The translations under genes and the position numbers were made by a program. From Toensbergia leucococca (Eukaryota), in the NCBI GenBank assembly GCA_022813965.1, contig JALDZS010000029.1, positions 62,001-126,000 of the forward strand: a stretch of 64,000 nt of DNA. The letters run 5' to 3'. Positions 47,873 through 60,979 of the stretch are shown here, in pieces. Below the pieces are notes generated by a model. The model searched no databases and was not told the origin of the DNA. It saw only the letters and a program-made list of their open reading frames with translations. Position 1 is the stretch's first letter, and each line of letters opens with the position of its first letter.

Positions 47873-48951
47873 TTAATGCGCACGACGTAGGGCCTCACCT
47901 TGAGTAGGTAGCTGGCTCCGCTGCCAATGCACCAAATTCGGATCCATGCGCTACAACCTCAATCAGCAACCAACATCTCCACCCCAATCCAAGGCAATAC
48001 ATACCACACTGCACCGCCACACCCCATACGCCGGCGGCGGCGGCTTCGGCATAACCTTCTCCTCATCCAGCTCCTCCCCACACAATCCCAGCTCCTCGTC
48101 CCGCGCCAATATAATCCTAATCGGCTGCGGCGGCTGCGCAAAGTCGTCTTCAATTGCGCAGCTGGAGAGACTGGGGGCTGGGGCTGGTGGAGAGGAGTGC
48201 AAGGCAATCATGCAGAGACGGATGAGGGAGTGGCAGAAGAAGACCGCGGCGGTGAGGATGAGGAGGATGAGGGGAACTTGGAATTTCTGGGTAGTGATTG
48301 TGTTGGTGAGGGCGAGGGCGAGGTCTGGGAGGGCGGGCGATTAATGTTAGTCCACTAATGGGTGGAGGGGATGGAGACAGGGAGCGTACAGGTGCTAAGA
48401 ATTGCTGCTAGGATTCCGCCGAATACGATGCTGCTGATGATTTTTTTCCTGACTGTGCGCTCTATTTTTTGGGGCAGGTATCTGAGAAGTCTTTTTCTTG
48501 GTCTTTGCCTCCAACGCGTCTCTGGGCGCTGAGCATAAACATCTGATACAGTCAGATCGCGTCGCTCAGTCCCTGCGACGGGGTATATGCTTGGGGGGTA
48601 GGCAAGTCTGGCTCCATGATCGTAGGGTGGGAAATGTCCGAATGTCTCCGATGGTACAGGACTAGTAGTATACGTTGACGATGAAGCTGGATCGATTAGA
48701 GATCTGGTCGACGTTGGCGACCTTAGACCAGGTGTTCCCGCGTTCAGATAAGCTGTATAGTCTCGATTACGAGAAGACTGTTCAAGCCGAAGGCGCGCAA
48801 TCTTCCGTGTATGGGAAGAGGACGCAATTGGGCCATGTCCGACGATAGACTGGCCATGGAAGAAAGTAGAGAGCCTGGATCGTATAGCAGAACGGTGAGA
48901 TGTAGGTAAGCAAGGCGCCAGTGGCGGCGGTGGAAAGTATAGAAGCTGCAT
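47873..48951 (-). CDS. Conserved fungal hypothetical two-TM membrane protein; both ends uncertain
   Basis: Spliced frame FGGILAAILST|YLALAL...FFCHSLIRLCMIA...PPPPAYGVWRCSV|RMDPNLVHWQR. It may continue by further splicing toward 47275. Confidence 0.65.
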
Positions 48952-49975
48952 GTTGAAAAGAAGAGAACGAAAATCAGAGTCGGCAACGACAGTAATAGTC
49001 GGTTCGTTCCGGATATCAATCAAGATATCAGCAGGCAATGACCACGGTGGAACATAGAAAGAACATAGGTAGGTCCTTCCAGTATAGCTTTATGCTAGGG
49101 CAGGCCAGTGTTTAGGACGCGTCTTGTTTACGAAAGTAGCGCGCTGGACGTGAAGTGTAGTTGAGGCCGTCTTCGAGACCTAGAGGGAGAGGGGGAGCTT
49201 GAATGTTGTGGCCAACAAAGGGTGCGAGCCTTATGGAGGCCCGATCGGACTGAAACATGTACCATCCCTACCATTGAGGGAATATTGGCTGCTTGGGCGA
49301 GACCAAAAGATAGAGCACACGAGCATTGAGATGGATGAAGCAAGGAAAAATAACAAATCAAGCATTAGTCTTGTGGCTCTTGCTAAACAGGCAGAGGCAG
49401 GCAGACATGGCAAGGAGCATGATGAAGATAAACAGAGAAGAGCAAGGGATTCAGTCACAAGAAGCAGAGAGGCTCGAGAGTTCTTGTTAGTTTTACCAAT
49501 CATGCTTCTGATAGTGCGAGTATTACAGACGAGGTGTACCTTGAGAAGAAGATTGTACCAGGTCCTGCTCTAAATGTGGCGTCACCAGCGTCGTTGTTGC
49601 CGTTTCACGAGTTTCAACTTTCGAGTCGCTTCATGGCCAATCATCCGCCCTGCAAGGTCCAGGGGTCGAAACATCTCGTTAGTTATATTTACAGGAAGAA
49701 TCATGGACATTCATGTCTGCAATGCTCGCTTTTTCATTATCCTCCTCTTTACCCATGCCCTGGTCCGCTTACCCGTACCTTGTTGACAGAGCCTACACAT
49801 TGCACCCACGTCGTACATCTATATACTTCATAATAGTCATCTCTGTCAATTGGCATCATTAGCTAGTTATGCTCGACACTATCACTCGACTCGGTTGTAG
49901 AACGTGGGCATTGTGCTCGCTAGTCAGAGGGAGCGTATCCTTACGTGGCAATCTTTGTACAACCGATTTGATCTG

Positions 49976-51304
49976 CTAGGAATACTTTCCTATTTCGCCG
50001 AGCATCAAGCTCCTATCAGAAGACCCAGATACGACTATCCATCATTAGCAGGGAAAAATATCACCACAGCCCATCTACTTACTGATGGGTTCATCTCCTG
50101 GCGCAAATCGAACATCATTGACCGTTCCTTTGTGGCCGGGTAATTTGTACAAAAGCTTCCCACTTCGTGTTTCCCAGATGACGACGCTTCTATCGCCGCT
50201 TCCGGCAGCGATCCTATCCCCTTTGCTATCCCAGCTAGCTCTTATTAGGTTCCTCTCTAGTCCCGTTGGTGCACCCTCGTATGTCTTGATATGTCGGTCC
50301 GTCGGTGCGAATGGTCTGATGTCCCATGTCTTCACTACTCCATCGTGCGAATTGGATAGTAATATTTGCGAGTCCGGAGACACTTCGAGTGACGTGACTG
50401 TGTCGGTGTGACCGGGCAAGCTGTACACTACCTCCTTCTTTCGCATATCCCACACTTTAATGCTATTGTCAATGCTCCCGGAATACAGCTCGTTACCCGC
50501 TTCCGCCAATGCGACTGAAGTGATTGGGAATTCCGTCTCGATAAAGTCAACCGCACACTTCTGCCGTGGATCCCAAACTCCAATAGCACCATCGTCGCCA
50601 CCACTTATAAGCATTTCTTCTCCCCTTCGACTAACATCCAAACAATTGATAACCTCTTCATGCCCGACGTGCTTGCGTATCCGTAAACCAGTCTCCAAGT
50701 CCCAACTTGCAACTATCGTATCTGCTGAGGCGGAGAAAATCACTCTGGAATCTCGTGACCAACGCAGGTCAAGGATTGCACCTTTGTGTCCAGAAAGAAT
50801 CCCGTAGTTGTCGCACTGTCCGTATGTCCGCCACAGCACTGTGGAGAATACTTGTTGGCTCAAACCATGGAGACCATTTTTTGAACAACTCACTAATTGA
50901 TCGGTCCATAGACCCACTTGCAATGTGATGTCCCGAGGGATCGAACCGTGTTGCGAAAACTTCACCAGAGTGTCCTGAAGCCTGTGAGCATCAACACATG
51001 AGCCTGATCCCAGACTTCCATACCGGTAAGCTCCATGATAGGAGCCTGCAGCCCACTTGTGCGTGGAATCTAGTCCCGCGTCTCCATCAGCCGCTCTTCT
51101 TTACTACTGATTTAGCCCATCACTTCGGAATCATCAAAATACTGAAGTAAGACTAACAGCTTGAATGAGACCTCCATTGGCAGTTGGGCCGTTCGACACT
51201 GCGACGGCACCACCATGTCTCAGGTCTACATTCGATTTCTGCCTCTTGACGACCAATTGTGATGACCCAAATACATCTGAGGCCGGACGTTTTTCAGCGG
51301 ACAT
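49976..51304 (-). CDS. SNRNP40: U5 snRNP 40-kDa WD40 protein (SNRNP40/Spf38/Cwf17)
   Basis: PRTSGLQAPIMEL...; WD repeats GHKGAILDLRWSRDS, GHEEVINCLD, GHTDTVTSL; terminal LLYKLPGHKGTVNDVRF...|VSGSSDRSLMLGEI. Confidence 0.92.
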
Positions 51305-51636
51305 TGTAAGTATTCCCGATAGAGGAAGGTATCGATTCAAAGTCTTTGAGGTTGTGAGATGATATGGATTGTTTCGCAGTATGCCGTAGCCTGGCAGAAC
51401 TTTGAAAATTGAAGCATTTGAAGCTAAGCGCAGCCGATAAACAAATTGGCGCTAAGCGACCTCAGCCCTAAATATCAACGTGAGATCGAATATCGTATAC
51501 ATGTCAAACTTCGTAATAGGTACTTGGTAGTTTTAGAGCAATTTACCTCGACAGACACCTTCATGCACACTCTTCTACATTTATGTTCTTGTGGAAACGC
51601 GTCCAGCCATTTTAAGAGTGTCCTATACCAGGAACA

Positions 51637-52577
51637 ATGACTTCGACCAAAGCTGCCAGGGTTGGTGAAGAGTGAGCTCCTGATATGACCTTTGCTTCAA
51701 ACACACGTTTACTGATCCTGCATAGAGTCTGGAAGTGAGTGAATTCTCTGCTCACCAAACTTCACAAGGATTTCGTGGCACCTACTGCGTAGCAACACGC
51801 CTTGGCTCTAAGAAGTAAAGACAATGAGCAATTCCCTGACTAAAAGGCAGGACACGGGTCGACAAGGTCAACGCTGAGCTTGTCACCTTGACGTACGGCA
51901 CCATGGTAGCCCAGTTGTGCTCGGATTACAACAGTAATTACGTTGAGGTCAATAAACAGCTTGACAAGATGGGGTTCAACATTGGAATGCGATTAGTAGA
52001 AGACTTCTTTGCCAAGTCCAGCACTCAAAGATGTGCCAATTTTAGAGAGACAGCGGAAACCATCTCAAAAGTGAGCGAACTGTCCTCGGCTGTCCCCATT
52101 TTTCAAGCAACATTGAGTCGATTGGCGCTGAGCTGATGGATTGACAGATAGGCTTCAAGATATTCCTGAACATTACCCCAAGTGTAACAAACTGGGCAAA
52201 TGATAACAAGCAATTTTCTTTAATCTTCGAAGAGAACCCGTTAGCGGACTTTGTAGAGCTCCCAGATGACGGGCGAGCCCAGGACGAGTTGTGGTACTCG
52301 AATATCTTTTGCGGTATCATTAGAGGTGCCTTGGAGATGGTAAGTCTTGACTTACACCTCGTGTTGTTTAGGACATGTCATTATCGCCATTGGTGGTAGT
52401 AGTAATACTTTTCACTGGTTCATGTTTCAAATGTCGAGCTCACTCTAAGCTTTACAGGTTCAGATGCAAGTTGAGGCACATTTCGTCAGTGACATTCTTC
52501 GCGGCAATGACACGACTGAGATGAGAATAACGCTTCTACGGTATATTGATGATGAGATGCCTCCGGATGATGAGTAA
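51637..52577 (+). CDS. BET3: TRAPP complex subunit Bet3, 5 exons including a 9-nt microexon
   Basis: Spliced product [29 protein letters not shown]...[16 protein letters not shown]...[11 protein letters not shown]...[23 protein letters not shown]. Confidence 0.95.
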
Positions 52578-53666
52578 AGGCTATGACACCTATTCACCAG
52601 ACCTCAGCTACTCAAGGACGAAGTTTTATCATCAAATGATGAGTCGTGTCTATGAGAGGGGCGTTGAAGGTGATGTTGTGGACTGCAACTCTGGCACTCG
52701 AACATGACTGCAGATGCTACATCGGATAAGCAGAGCGCATCGAAACATCGGCTACTTTTGCCGCTGCTCGGTGCGACTTCCACTAAATGTTTCATCTGAC
52801 CCCGCGAACGCTCACTATTAACATCTTGGCATCGGAGAGTACTCTCACCTTTGGCGAGTGGACCTTTTATGGCGTATCAGCGCCTGATTTTTAAAGTACG
52901 CAGGCACCATGCCGTCAAGTGGTAGTCATAGTCATCTCAAGTGCCTACGAGGACTGCTTTGATTGCAACATATCCTTTGAAGGATTGAGTCAAAGTCTCT
53001 ACTACAATGGGCGCATTGTGTTGATGTGTTTATTTTGAAGGGTAACAGTTGCAATATGACATAATTTGCGTTGTCGGCACTGATGATGCTCAATTGTGAG
53101 GTGTGCATGGGCGAGTGCGAGAGGTAGAATATTGTAATCCGTGACATGATGTACGCCGTGCGAATAGCACTCCTCCCAAAACTCTCTTCTCCAAACTCTC
53201 TTCCCAGCCCGAGCCTGCCAACGACCCAAGTGACTTTCTTATCTTACAAAGACCGACTCGACCATCTTTCGCCTTGCTGTACGCATCCCGCTTTGCCCGT
53301 TGCCCGCTCTGCTGTACGTGTAGTGACTTCTCGAAAGGCCAGCAGTCACGCACTGCACCGCCGCACACCATCCCGAATCTCCTTTTCCGATGCACAAACG
53401 CCTCACTTTTCTCTACCGCTGCGACAGCTCAGCATAATCAAGAGCTTACAACAACTTTCAGACCCACCTTCACTTCACCTTGCACCTTTTGCGCTCCCTT
53501 GCCGGCAATCGATAGCCTTGTGTGACTCCAAATCACATCGGCGTCATTGCCGCACATGACTACTAAGCGCCGAAATTCAACCTCATCGATAACGCGCAAC
53601 TGATCCTCACCGTATCGCACAAGCACCCGAGCATCGTGGAACAGCTTCCGCGCCCTGGCTTTTACC

Positions 53667-56254
53667 ATGAACCATATGAATATGGCTGGCCCCAATGCTG
53701 GTGCCGCCCTACTCGGCGGAGTACCGTTGATGAATAATGGCACCAATGGAGAGGCGTCCAGGACTGGAAATGACCAAGATCTTGAATATGAGACACGGCT
53801 CAACACATATATCTACGACTATTTCTTGAAAAAGGAACAATACGACTGCGCTAGATCATTGCTGCGTAGTGGAGTACAGATCCGCTTCGGCCAAAATAAA
53901 AACAGCCCAGGTAGGCGACGAGATGGCGACGTCAATGGTACAGATGATGGTGCCATGGACACTGATTCTAAGGACGATCTGGATTCGAAGCGACCGGAAG
54001 ATCTTCCTTCAGCCGACATTCCCGCGGATCAGGCTGGTACTTCGTTTCTGATGGAATGGTTCTCTACCTTTTGGGATATGTATTTTGCACAGAGGAAAGA
54101 TAAACGGGCGAGTGCAAATGCCATGCAATATGTGCAACATACTCAGGTAAGTGGAATAAGCTCCCGTCATAATCTTACGGCGTGTACTAATCTCGCTCGT
54201 TCCAGCAACAAACACGGGCACGGCAGGAACAACAGCAGCAACTTTTACGGCAAATGCCTCAAGGATTACCTGGAGGAATGAATAATTACCAAAATCTGAT
54301 GCGGCTCCAAGCAAATGGGATGGGGGGGATGAACCAGAACGACCTCCGACAAAAAGCTTTGCAGAACAACCGCAATGCATATGGACAGCAACCGTAAGCC
54401 TGCATAGTTTTAATCTTTTCTGGTTCAAGCTTACATTTTATCTCTATTGCAGGACTCCACAACAACTAGCACAGATGAAAAATCAGCAACAGCTGTTACA
54501 GCAGCAGCAACAGCATATGCAAAGAGAGGGTTCCGATGTTGATATCAATGGTCAAAGACCACACACACCGTCATCGGGAGATAATGCTCCGTCCCCTTCA
54601 AAGAGGCCTCGCATAGAGGGTGCTCAATACAACGGGCAACCAATGATGCCAAATGGCCGAGGTCAACAACCACCAATGCCACAGCAAATTATCAATACTC
54701 CTGCTGCAGCGAATGCGAGTCATGTCTTGTTGGCCAATGGGATTAATCCTAATCAGCTTTCGACTACACAATTTGAATCATTTCAGCAGCAAAACCCCCA
54801 AATTCAAGCAAGGTCTATTGCCGTATATAATCAGAATCTAGTCCAACATCAGGGACGGCAGGGCATGGCAAAACCTGTTATGCCGAATCAGGGTTCACCG
54901 ATGATGCAGCCAGGTCTAGAGGTTGGATCCGAGTTCTATGGCGCTAATCCTGGCTTACAAATGCCACTTCGAAATGGTCAGCCAACCAATGGCACCAGTG
55001 GCAATCACGCACTTCAGGATTACCAAATGCAGCTGATGCTTTTGGAACAGCAAAATAAGAAGCGTCTACTCATGGCTCGCCAAGAGCAAGACGACATGAG
55101 GGGTCCGGATGTGCAACCAGGCTTCCCCCCTGGAATATCACCGCAGGGAAGCAGGTCCGGACCCTCACCTAATCCCAACGATCAGATGAAACGAGGGACG
55201 CCAAAAATGGGCCCGGCAGGCATACCAGGCTCTCCAATGCCAGACGGAACCATGCCACAAGCACGAGGTTCTCCTGCAGCGATGAACTACAACCAAATGA
55301 CTCCTGAAATATACCAACAGATGAAGCCCATGGATAATGGTATGGTTGGTATGGTGCCGAACGGCAATGTGATGAGGCCACCAAGCTCTCATCCTCAGTT
55401 CGGCAGCGCCCAATACAATCCGCAAATGGAAGCTCTAGCGCGGGCACAGGCGCAACCCGTGGGGAGAATGACGAACGGCGGTAACTGGCAGCAAGGACCG
55501 CAAGGTCAAGCGCCGATGATGCCACAGCCTCCTCAAGCGCCACAGCAGATGGGAACACCTCAACAACGTGCCATGCCTCCTCCATCAGCACCGCCAGCGG
55601 GTGCAGCAACAAACGGGCGTCCAGGCTCTCCCCCACCGGCAGCAGCACCCCCTACTCCTCAGCAGACGGCAAAGCCGAATCCGAAAAAGAAAGATGGAAA
55701 AGAACCCCGCAAGGTATGTCGCTCACATATAGACCACGTTTGTTGAGATCATACTTACACGTGAGATCAGCGTCCTACTAAGAACAAGACCGCTGGTTCC
55801 GCTGCAACGCCATCTGCTGAGGCTGATAATCCGCCTCCGACACCGACACCTTCGACGCCCATAACACCCCAAAATGCCGCTTCATTCTTGAAGACCACCA
55901 ATGGGCAGAATCAAGCCCCCATTATCCAGGCTTCTACCTCAGCGGCTACCTCAGTAGTACCGTTAGCCCAGCCGCAACCGGACGCAAATTCTGCGGTCCA
56001 GTTTGGCGGCTTGGATGGCAGCGATGTATGTTACCTATTCTGCCTCGCATAACTACACTCGTACTAATCTACTGATTCTAATGCAGGGAAATCAATACAA
56101 CATGGACTTCAGCGGTCTCGAATCCTCCGATGTTCTCGAAAACTTCGATTTTGATTCTTTTCTGCAAAGTACCGACGACCCGAGCTTCACCTTCGATCCA
56201 ACCCTACCTTTTGGAACCGCAGACGGCGTCGAAGCAGGTGCTGGCGATGCTTAG
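53667..56254 (+). CDS. SOM1: LisH-domain transcriptional regulator Som1/Flo8 family, 5 exons
   Basis: LisH RLNTYIYDYFLKK; FLMEWFSTFWDMY; NHALQDYQMQLMLLEQQNKKRLLMARQEQD; C-terminal DVLENFDFDSFL. Confidence 0.92.
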
Positions 56255-56657
56255 CGCCTCAACACCGACCCTCCGCATCCAAAACCAACAGGCCTCCATC
56301 CTCCCTACTCAGTCTCATTTCGCATCTCACTCGTCTAAAGTCTACATGGATATCCACTGGCGTTCAACAACCTCGGTTCCCACACCCTAGCCTTACACTA
56401 CGGCGTTAATATGTTAATAAACGGTCTATACCATCTCTACGCAGCATTACCCGATCATTATTCCGCCCTGTCCTTTTACCTCCCCCACCCGCCAAAAATG
56501 GAGAGAGAGAAACTCGTTAACTTTGTTGTTCATCTGCACACTTTTCTCCTAATTTTTTTCTTCCCAGGAGGTACCCATCTTCTCATCGTCTATTATCAGT
56601 ATCATTACCAAATTATCATTTCTTTTCCGCCCATCCCCAAACCTTGGTGGGGCTTGT

Positions 56658-56880
56658 GGTGTGTGTGTGTGTCAGGCAAGAGGTTGCGGCGCGGTTGTGG
56701 GTTGGGGGGGATTATCGGAGGCAGTTGGATCTTGCCTCCCTCTGGGAGGGAGTGGGATGGCGTATTTAAAAACTCTCATTTTTTTTGTTCTTTTTCTTTG
56801 GAAAAACTGTGTGTGTGTGTGTGTGTGTGTTTGTGTGTATGTGTTTTGGCAGGTTGAAAGTCTTTGTGTGTGTGTGTGTG
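56658..56880. repeat. (GT)n microsatellite cluster
   Basis: GT runs at about 56658-56672, 56808-56843 and 56866-56880 between the convergent SOM1 and dsRBM genes. Confidence 0.9.
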
Positions 56881-57400
56881 ACTGGTTGGTTGGTTTGGGC
56901 TGGGTTGGATCTATTATCTGTTATGTAGTCATCGGATTCCCATGTAGCTACGATTTATAGTCGGCCACTTTATGTGGGGGGACAGTCAATTAGATATCTC
57001 TATTTAGTGTTGTAACTTTTTTTTGGGTTTGAGTTTGTGTGAAAATGTAGTTGCGAGGGTGATGTTTGTGTGTGTGATGTACGGATGTACGGATGTAAAG
57101 ATTCGGGAAAGGCTTGATGGCATCTGATTTGGTAAGGTTTTGACAGTCTATTTCTGGAGACTTGACGTCGTGCATTTCCTCTTACTCTATGATGCTTGTG
57201 GGGTTGTGCCAGGGTGTATCAAATACAAAGACCGAAAAATTCACTCTGTCCGTGGAAACTCCTCCATAGATCGGACACTGCTTTCATCCCAGGAGGCCGT
57301 CACATCACACCGTCCCCTTGATACATCATCCTGCCATCCCCCTCATCCCTAACATCATTACCAAACACTGACCTTCGCCCCTCAACCCCACACAAACCCC

Positions 57401-58659
57401 TCACTCCTCCCCAACACTAACGCCCCTCTTCTCCGCCAGCGCCCTCAAATACTCAAACACCCCGCGCGCGCACTCCTCCTTGGCGCTCTTCTTCCCAAAC
57501 ACATGCTTGCACTCGCCGACAGACCCCGGCACCACCAGCGAGTCCTGCGGGAAGTAAGCCGCGCCGCTGAGGAGGTGGGGCGCCGAGGGCGAGGTGGGCG
57601 CGAGGCGGTATTCAGGCGCGGAGAGGCCGAGGAGCGGGCACAGATCGGCCACCTTTTGCGTAAACGTGGCGTCGCGCTTCACCTCCAGGGTGTTGCCCTC
57701 GACGCGCACGGCGGCGCCCAGTTTCAATTTCTTGCGGGCTCGGGCGCTGCCGTCGGGGTTGGTGTGGCCGTTTTGGATGAGCCAGTGCATGGCTTCTTTG
57801 GCAGCATGGGTGCGGGCGGCTTTTTTGGTGGAGAAGGGTTGGGTTTTGCTGCCGAAGGGGGCGGTGGGGCGGGCGTCGATGGCGCATTCGCAGGCGTAGC
57901 TGGTGCCGACGGCGTATTCCGTGTAGACTGGTCCGCGGGTGGGGTCGGCCGCGTTGTGGAATTCTGTTGTGTTTGAGGAGGGAGTCAAGATAAGTGACTT
58001 TCAATGGTAGGAGTGGTGTGATGGGAGGGTCTAGAGGGGGGGGTTAGGAAACAGTCAAACCTACCCAGCAGCTTCCCAACCCAGTTCTCCCCCGTTGAAC
58101 TCTCACCCGCCTGCACGGCCGTCATGCCCTTCACTACCTCTGTACCCCTCCCCGCCAACTCCTCCCTCGCCTCCTTCTTACTCTGCCATCGCGTCTCTCC
58201 CCCTTCCACTACCGCATTCCCCACGATCAGCCTCCCCCCAAAAGTCTGATCATTCTCTTCAATCTCAAACGAGGGCGTCAACCCGCGCTGCTGACAGAGA
58301 AGGTAGAGCGCCGAAACGTGATGGCTGGTCTTTGGCGCTCCCAATTGCACCGGTTCCGTTGCGTTGATATGTCCAATGTTGTTGCTGGAGCTTTTGCCCT
58401 TTCCGGCAGAATGGCCTAGCGGTTTCTTAGCGGACGAGTCTAGCACATTTTTATTCTTAGGGTCGTTCAGATAAGCTTCGACATCGTAGATTGGTAAGCC
58501 TGCGGCTTGAAGGGCGGCTGTGTGGGTGCTCGCGTTAGGTGGAGACTGTGGCTGGGTGGAGGGTTCGGATAGCATTGGGGATTCGATGTGGGAGTGAGTG
58601 GAGTGAAATGAGTCTGGGGAGTTGCAGGGGATGATGAGGCTGGTGAGGAGATCAGCCAT
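57401..58659 (-). CDS. Protein with three putative double-stranded RNA-binding motifs, 2 exons
   Basis: Three dsRBM-like units: HVSALYLLCQQRG...WQSKKEAREELA; ENWVGKLL|EFHN...FSTKKAARTHAAKEAM; KVADLCPLLGLSAPEY...VFGKKSAKEECARGV. Intron 58064-57964. Start is ATG 58659 or a downstream ATG. Confidence 0.75.
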
Positions 58660-59136
58660 ATTAGAATTTCGGAATAAGAACTTTTTCGAGCAGATCAAAA
58701 GCTTTCGACGTCTGGAGCGTGAGCGAGACGACAGCTTTGTTGGAAGAGAATATATTCTTATTCTACTGTCGACGTGAAAATATGCAACATCCAGCAGGCA
58801 AGCGGAAGTGAATGGTGTCGCTTTTTAGTCACCTCATGTCATGTCTGTTGAAAGAGAAATTCTCCAGCGTAAACGCAGATTTGCAATCTCTTGCTATGCT
58901 ATCTATCAAAGCCAATCCATATGACCGTCAAGCCGGTTGAGCGACGTCTCAAGCTTTTCCCTCCTCCGTGCTAACAGTAATAAGCAACATCTACTAATTA
59001 ATGTAGAATAATCTCGCCCCCAAACTTTATTAAGACTCCCATACGCCATCTTGCATCGTCTCAAGATAGAATTCAAGTCAATTGTTTGTCATCTTGCATC
59101 GTCTCGTCATAGAATTCAAGTCAATGGTTTGTCATC

Positions 59137-60726
59137 TTACCCGCACGCCTGCGGTACACTCACTGGTCTTTGCATTTCTCGCTCTCTGCCTGAAAATATT
59201 GAATACCCCGGCGGTGCTGCCGTTTCCATAGGGTACATTGGGCGCACCAACTGCGCGTGCTCCGTGTACTCTGGGCTCGGAGGTGCCATGTTCCTAGGTT
59301 GGAATATTCCATCCGCCTCCCTAGCTGCAATGGCTTGAGCTTCGTCAGCCGAGATGGTGGCTGTTGCGGAGGGATTTCCTGCACCAAAAAGCTGAAGGGG
59401 TACTTTCAGGCGAAGCGTGGAGGCGGTTACGGTGGTGCCAGGGCTATGGACCGAGAGTTGAAGGTCGAGGATGTAGGCACGCGCGATGAGGCAGGAGCAA
59501 AATGTTGGCGTGAACAATTTATTTTTCGGAAGCGTAACAGGAACAAGGATTTGGGCGCTATAAAAAGACTTGCCCACGTAAGAGGATGAAGGGGTGGGGA
59601 CAGCAGGGGCGCTGAGAGTGGAGAAGGCAGAATCTCGGCGAACTGGGGGCGCTCTCATGTGATGCTCCCATTGGACGGATGCAACGTTGCGAGACGAAAG
59701 AGGGACAGCATCGACGTAGAGGCCTTGCTGGCCATCGTAGGCGGATATGTTGCGTTTGTTGGGGAGGTGGCGCATGGGACTACTCGCAAAGAATGTGGCC
59801 ACTTTCAGTCTGTTGATGAGCTGGCCAAGTCGTGGCGGTTGGGCATCCTCCTCGGTAGGATCAAAGCGGATGTTGATCGTCGCCATTGTGGTCAACGGTG
59901 ACGTGTTGTCAGACGTTTCCAGTGGTAGTTGTATGCCTCGAGGTTGCGAGGCTTCAACTGTCAAGCGCCCCAGCTTGCCCTTGAACAAACCCTTCTTGAT
60001 GTCTTTCTCCTTTCTAAGAATGTGGTCCTCTTCATTGTTATCCAAAACGTGGAGAGGTGGCTGCTCAGTACCAGCTGGGATGATTCGAAGCTTTTTCGCA
60101 CTTTCGGCGATGACGATAGATTTACCGTTGCTACGTCGGCCACGTACCATTCTGACCTGGATGGAATACGAGATAACGCTCATGGCCGGGGCCAGGTCAT
60201 CCAAGAGCGCTCCCCCATCGCTAGCTGCCATCTCGTCTCCAAGACTGGGAGGCAGGCGGAGGTGGACATTGCGCAAAACGTCGGTGTCAGTCAGATGGGT
60301 ACAAGACTGTGGAAGCAGCTGCTCGGGAACAACGAAGTTGAACGGGACTTTATACGTCTTCCCTGCTTCAAGGGTTTGGGATGGCGGGAGAGCGGAGTCG
60401 TCTATAGGCTGGGTGAGACGTAGAAAATGGTGATTAGCCTGTGTTCTGCTATTGGTAGCAGCGGAAGTGGTTATTCTTTCGACATAAGTTCTCGCAGAGC
60501 CTTCGAAAGTAACGAAGATGTTATCAAAGCTAGTGTTACATGGTGCTTTGATAGAGACTTCTCCTTTGATCTCTTCCAACGAAGTATAAGAGTTGACCAC
60601 GGCCCCATGCTGGTGGCCGTGTAGCAATATGTCGATTGCCAGCTTGGGCCTCTGTGTGAAGGCCTTCATATTGCTCCTCGTTCGTTCCAAAGCATTCAAA
60701 CTCATGAGGTCGATGGAAAGCACCAT
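59137..60726 (-). CDS. Arrestin-fold (Bul1/ART-like) ubiquitin-ligase adaptor
   Basis: YTSLEEIKGEVSI...FVTFEG, HHFLRLTQPI, PFNFVVPEQL, LPPSLGD...DDLAPAM, PTFCSCLIARAY; C-terminal PY-like motifs (PSPEY, PPGY). Start may be a downstream ATG. Confidence 0.82.
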   Translation of the reverse strand: MVLSIDLMSLNALERTRSNMKAFTQRPKLAIDILLHGHQHGAVVNSYTSLEEIKGEVSIKAPCNTSFDNIFVTFEGSARTYVERITTSAATNSRTQANHHFLRLTQPIDDSALPPSQTLEAGKTYKVPFNFVVPEQLLPQSCTHLTDTDVLRNVHLRLPPSLGDEMAASDGGALLDDLAPAMSVISYSIQVRMVRGRRSNGKSIVIAESAKKLRIIPAGTEQPPLHVLDNNEEDHILRKEKDIKKGLFKGKLGRLTVEASQPRGIQLPLETSDNTSPLTTMATINIRFDPTEEDAQPPRLGQLINRLKVATFFASSPMRHLPNKRNISAYDGQQGLYVDAVPLSSRNVASVQWEHHMRAPPVRRDSAFSTLSAPAVPTPSSSYVGKSFYSAQILVPVTLPKNKLFTPTFCSCLIARAYILDLQLSVHSPGTTVTASTLRLKVPLQLFGAGNPSATATISADEAQAIAAREADGIFQPRNMAPPSPEYTEHAQLVRPMYPMETAAPPGYSIFSGREREMQRPVSVPQACG

Positions 60727-60883
60727 GGAGTGAGTTGAACAAAGGACGAAAAAGTAACGTGGTAAGAAAAATGTGGAGTACAGTTCTCGGGGAGGTAGAA
60801 TAATAGCAAAGACTAATTGACTTTGGGAAGATGGCGGACTGAGATAGATGTCTTATGTTGACCGTCTATGGAGAAAGAAATCC

Positions 60884-60979
60884 TGAGTCATAAGCAGTGC
60901 GGAAGCACGTTTGACAATAAGACAGCTCTAAGTATAGTGGCTCGGTGGGTAGTGGGCACAATGATTACGGTTGAGTCAT
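60884..60979. promoter_or_regulatory. Two TGAGTCAT (Gcn4/CpcA/AP-1-type) sites upstream of the arrestin-like gene
   Basis: TGAGTCAT at 60884-60891 and 60972-60979 (reverse complement ATGACTCA). Confidence 0.5.

Noticed and set aside
53564..53571. GGCGCTTA (recalled PRO1/ADV-1-type motif, minus strand) upstream of SOM1
   Set aside because: A single 8-mer is expected by chance in 64 kb, and I found no exact copy in the noxA/noxD spacer.
24484..56254. BOI1, noxA/noxD and SOM1 as a larger developmental cluster
   Set aside because: They are separated by unrelated housekeeping genes, and there is no evidence beyond a loose functional theme.
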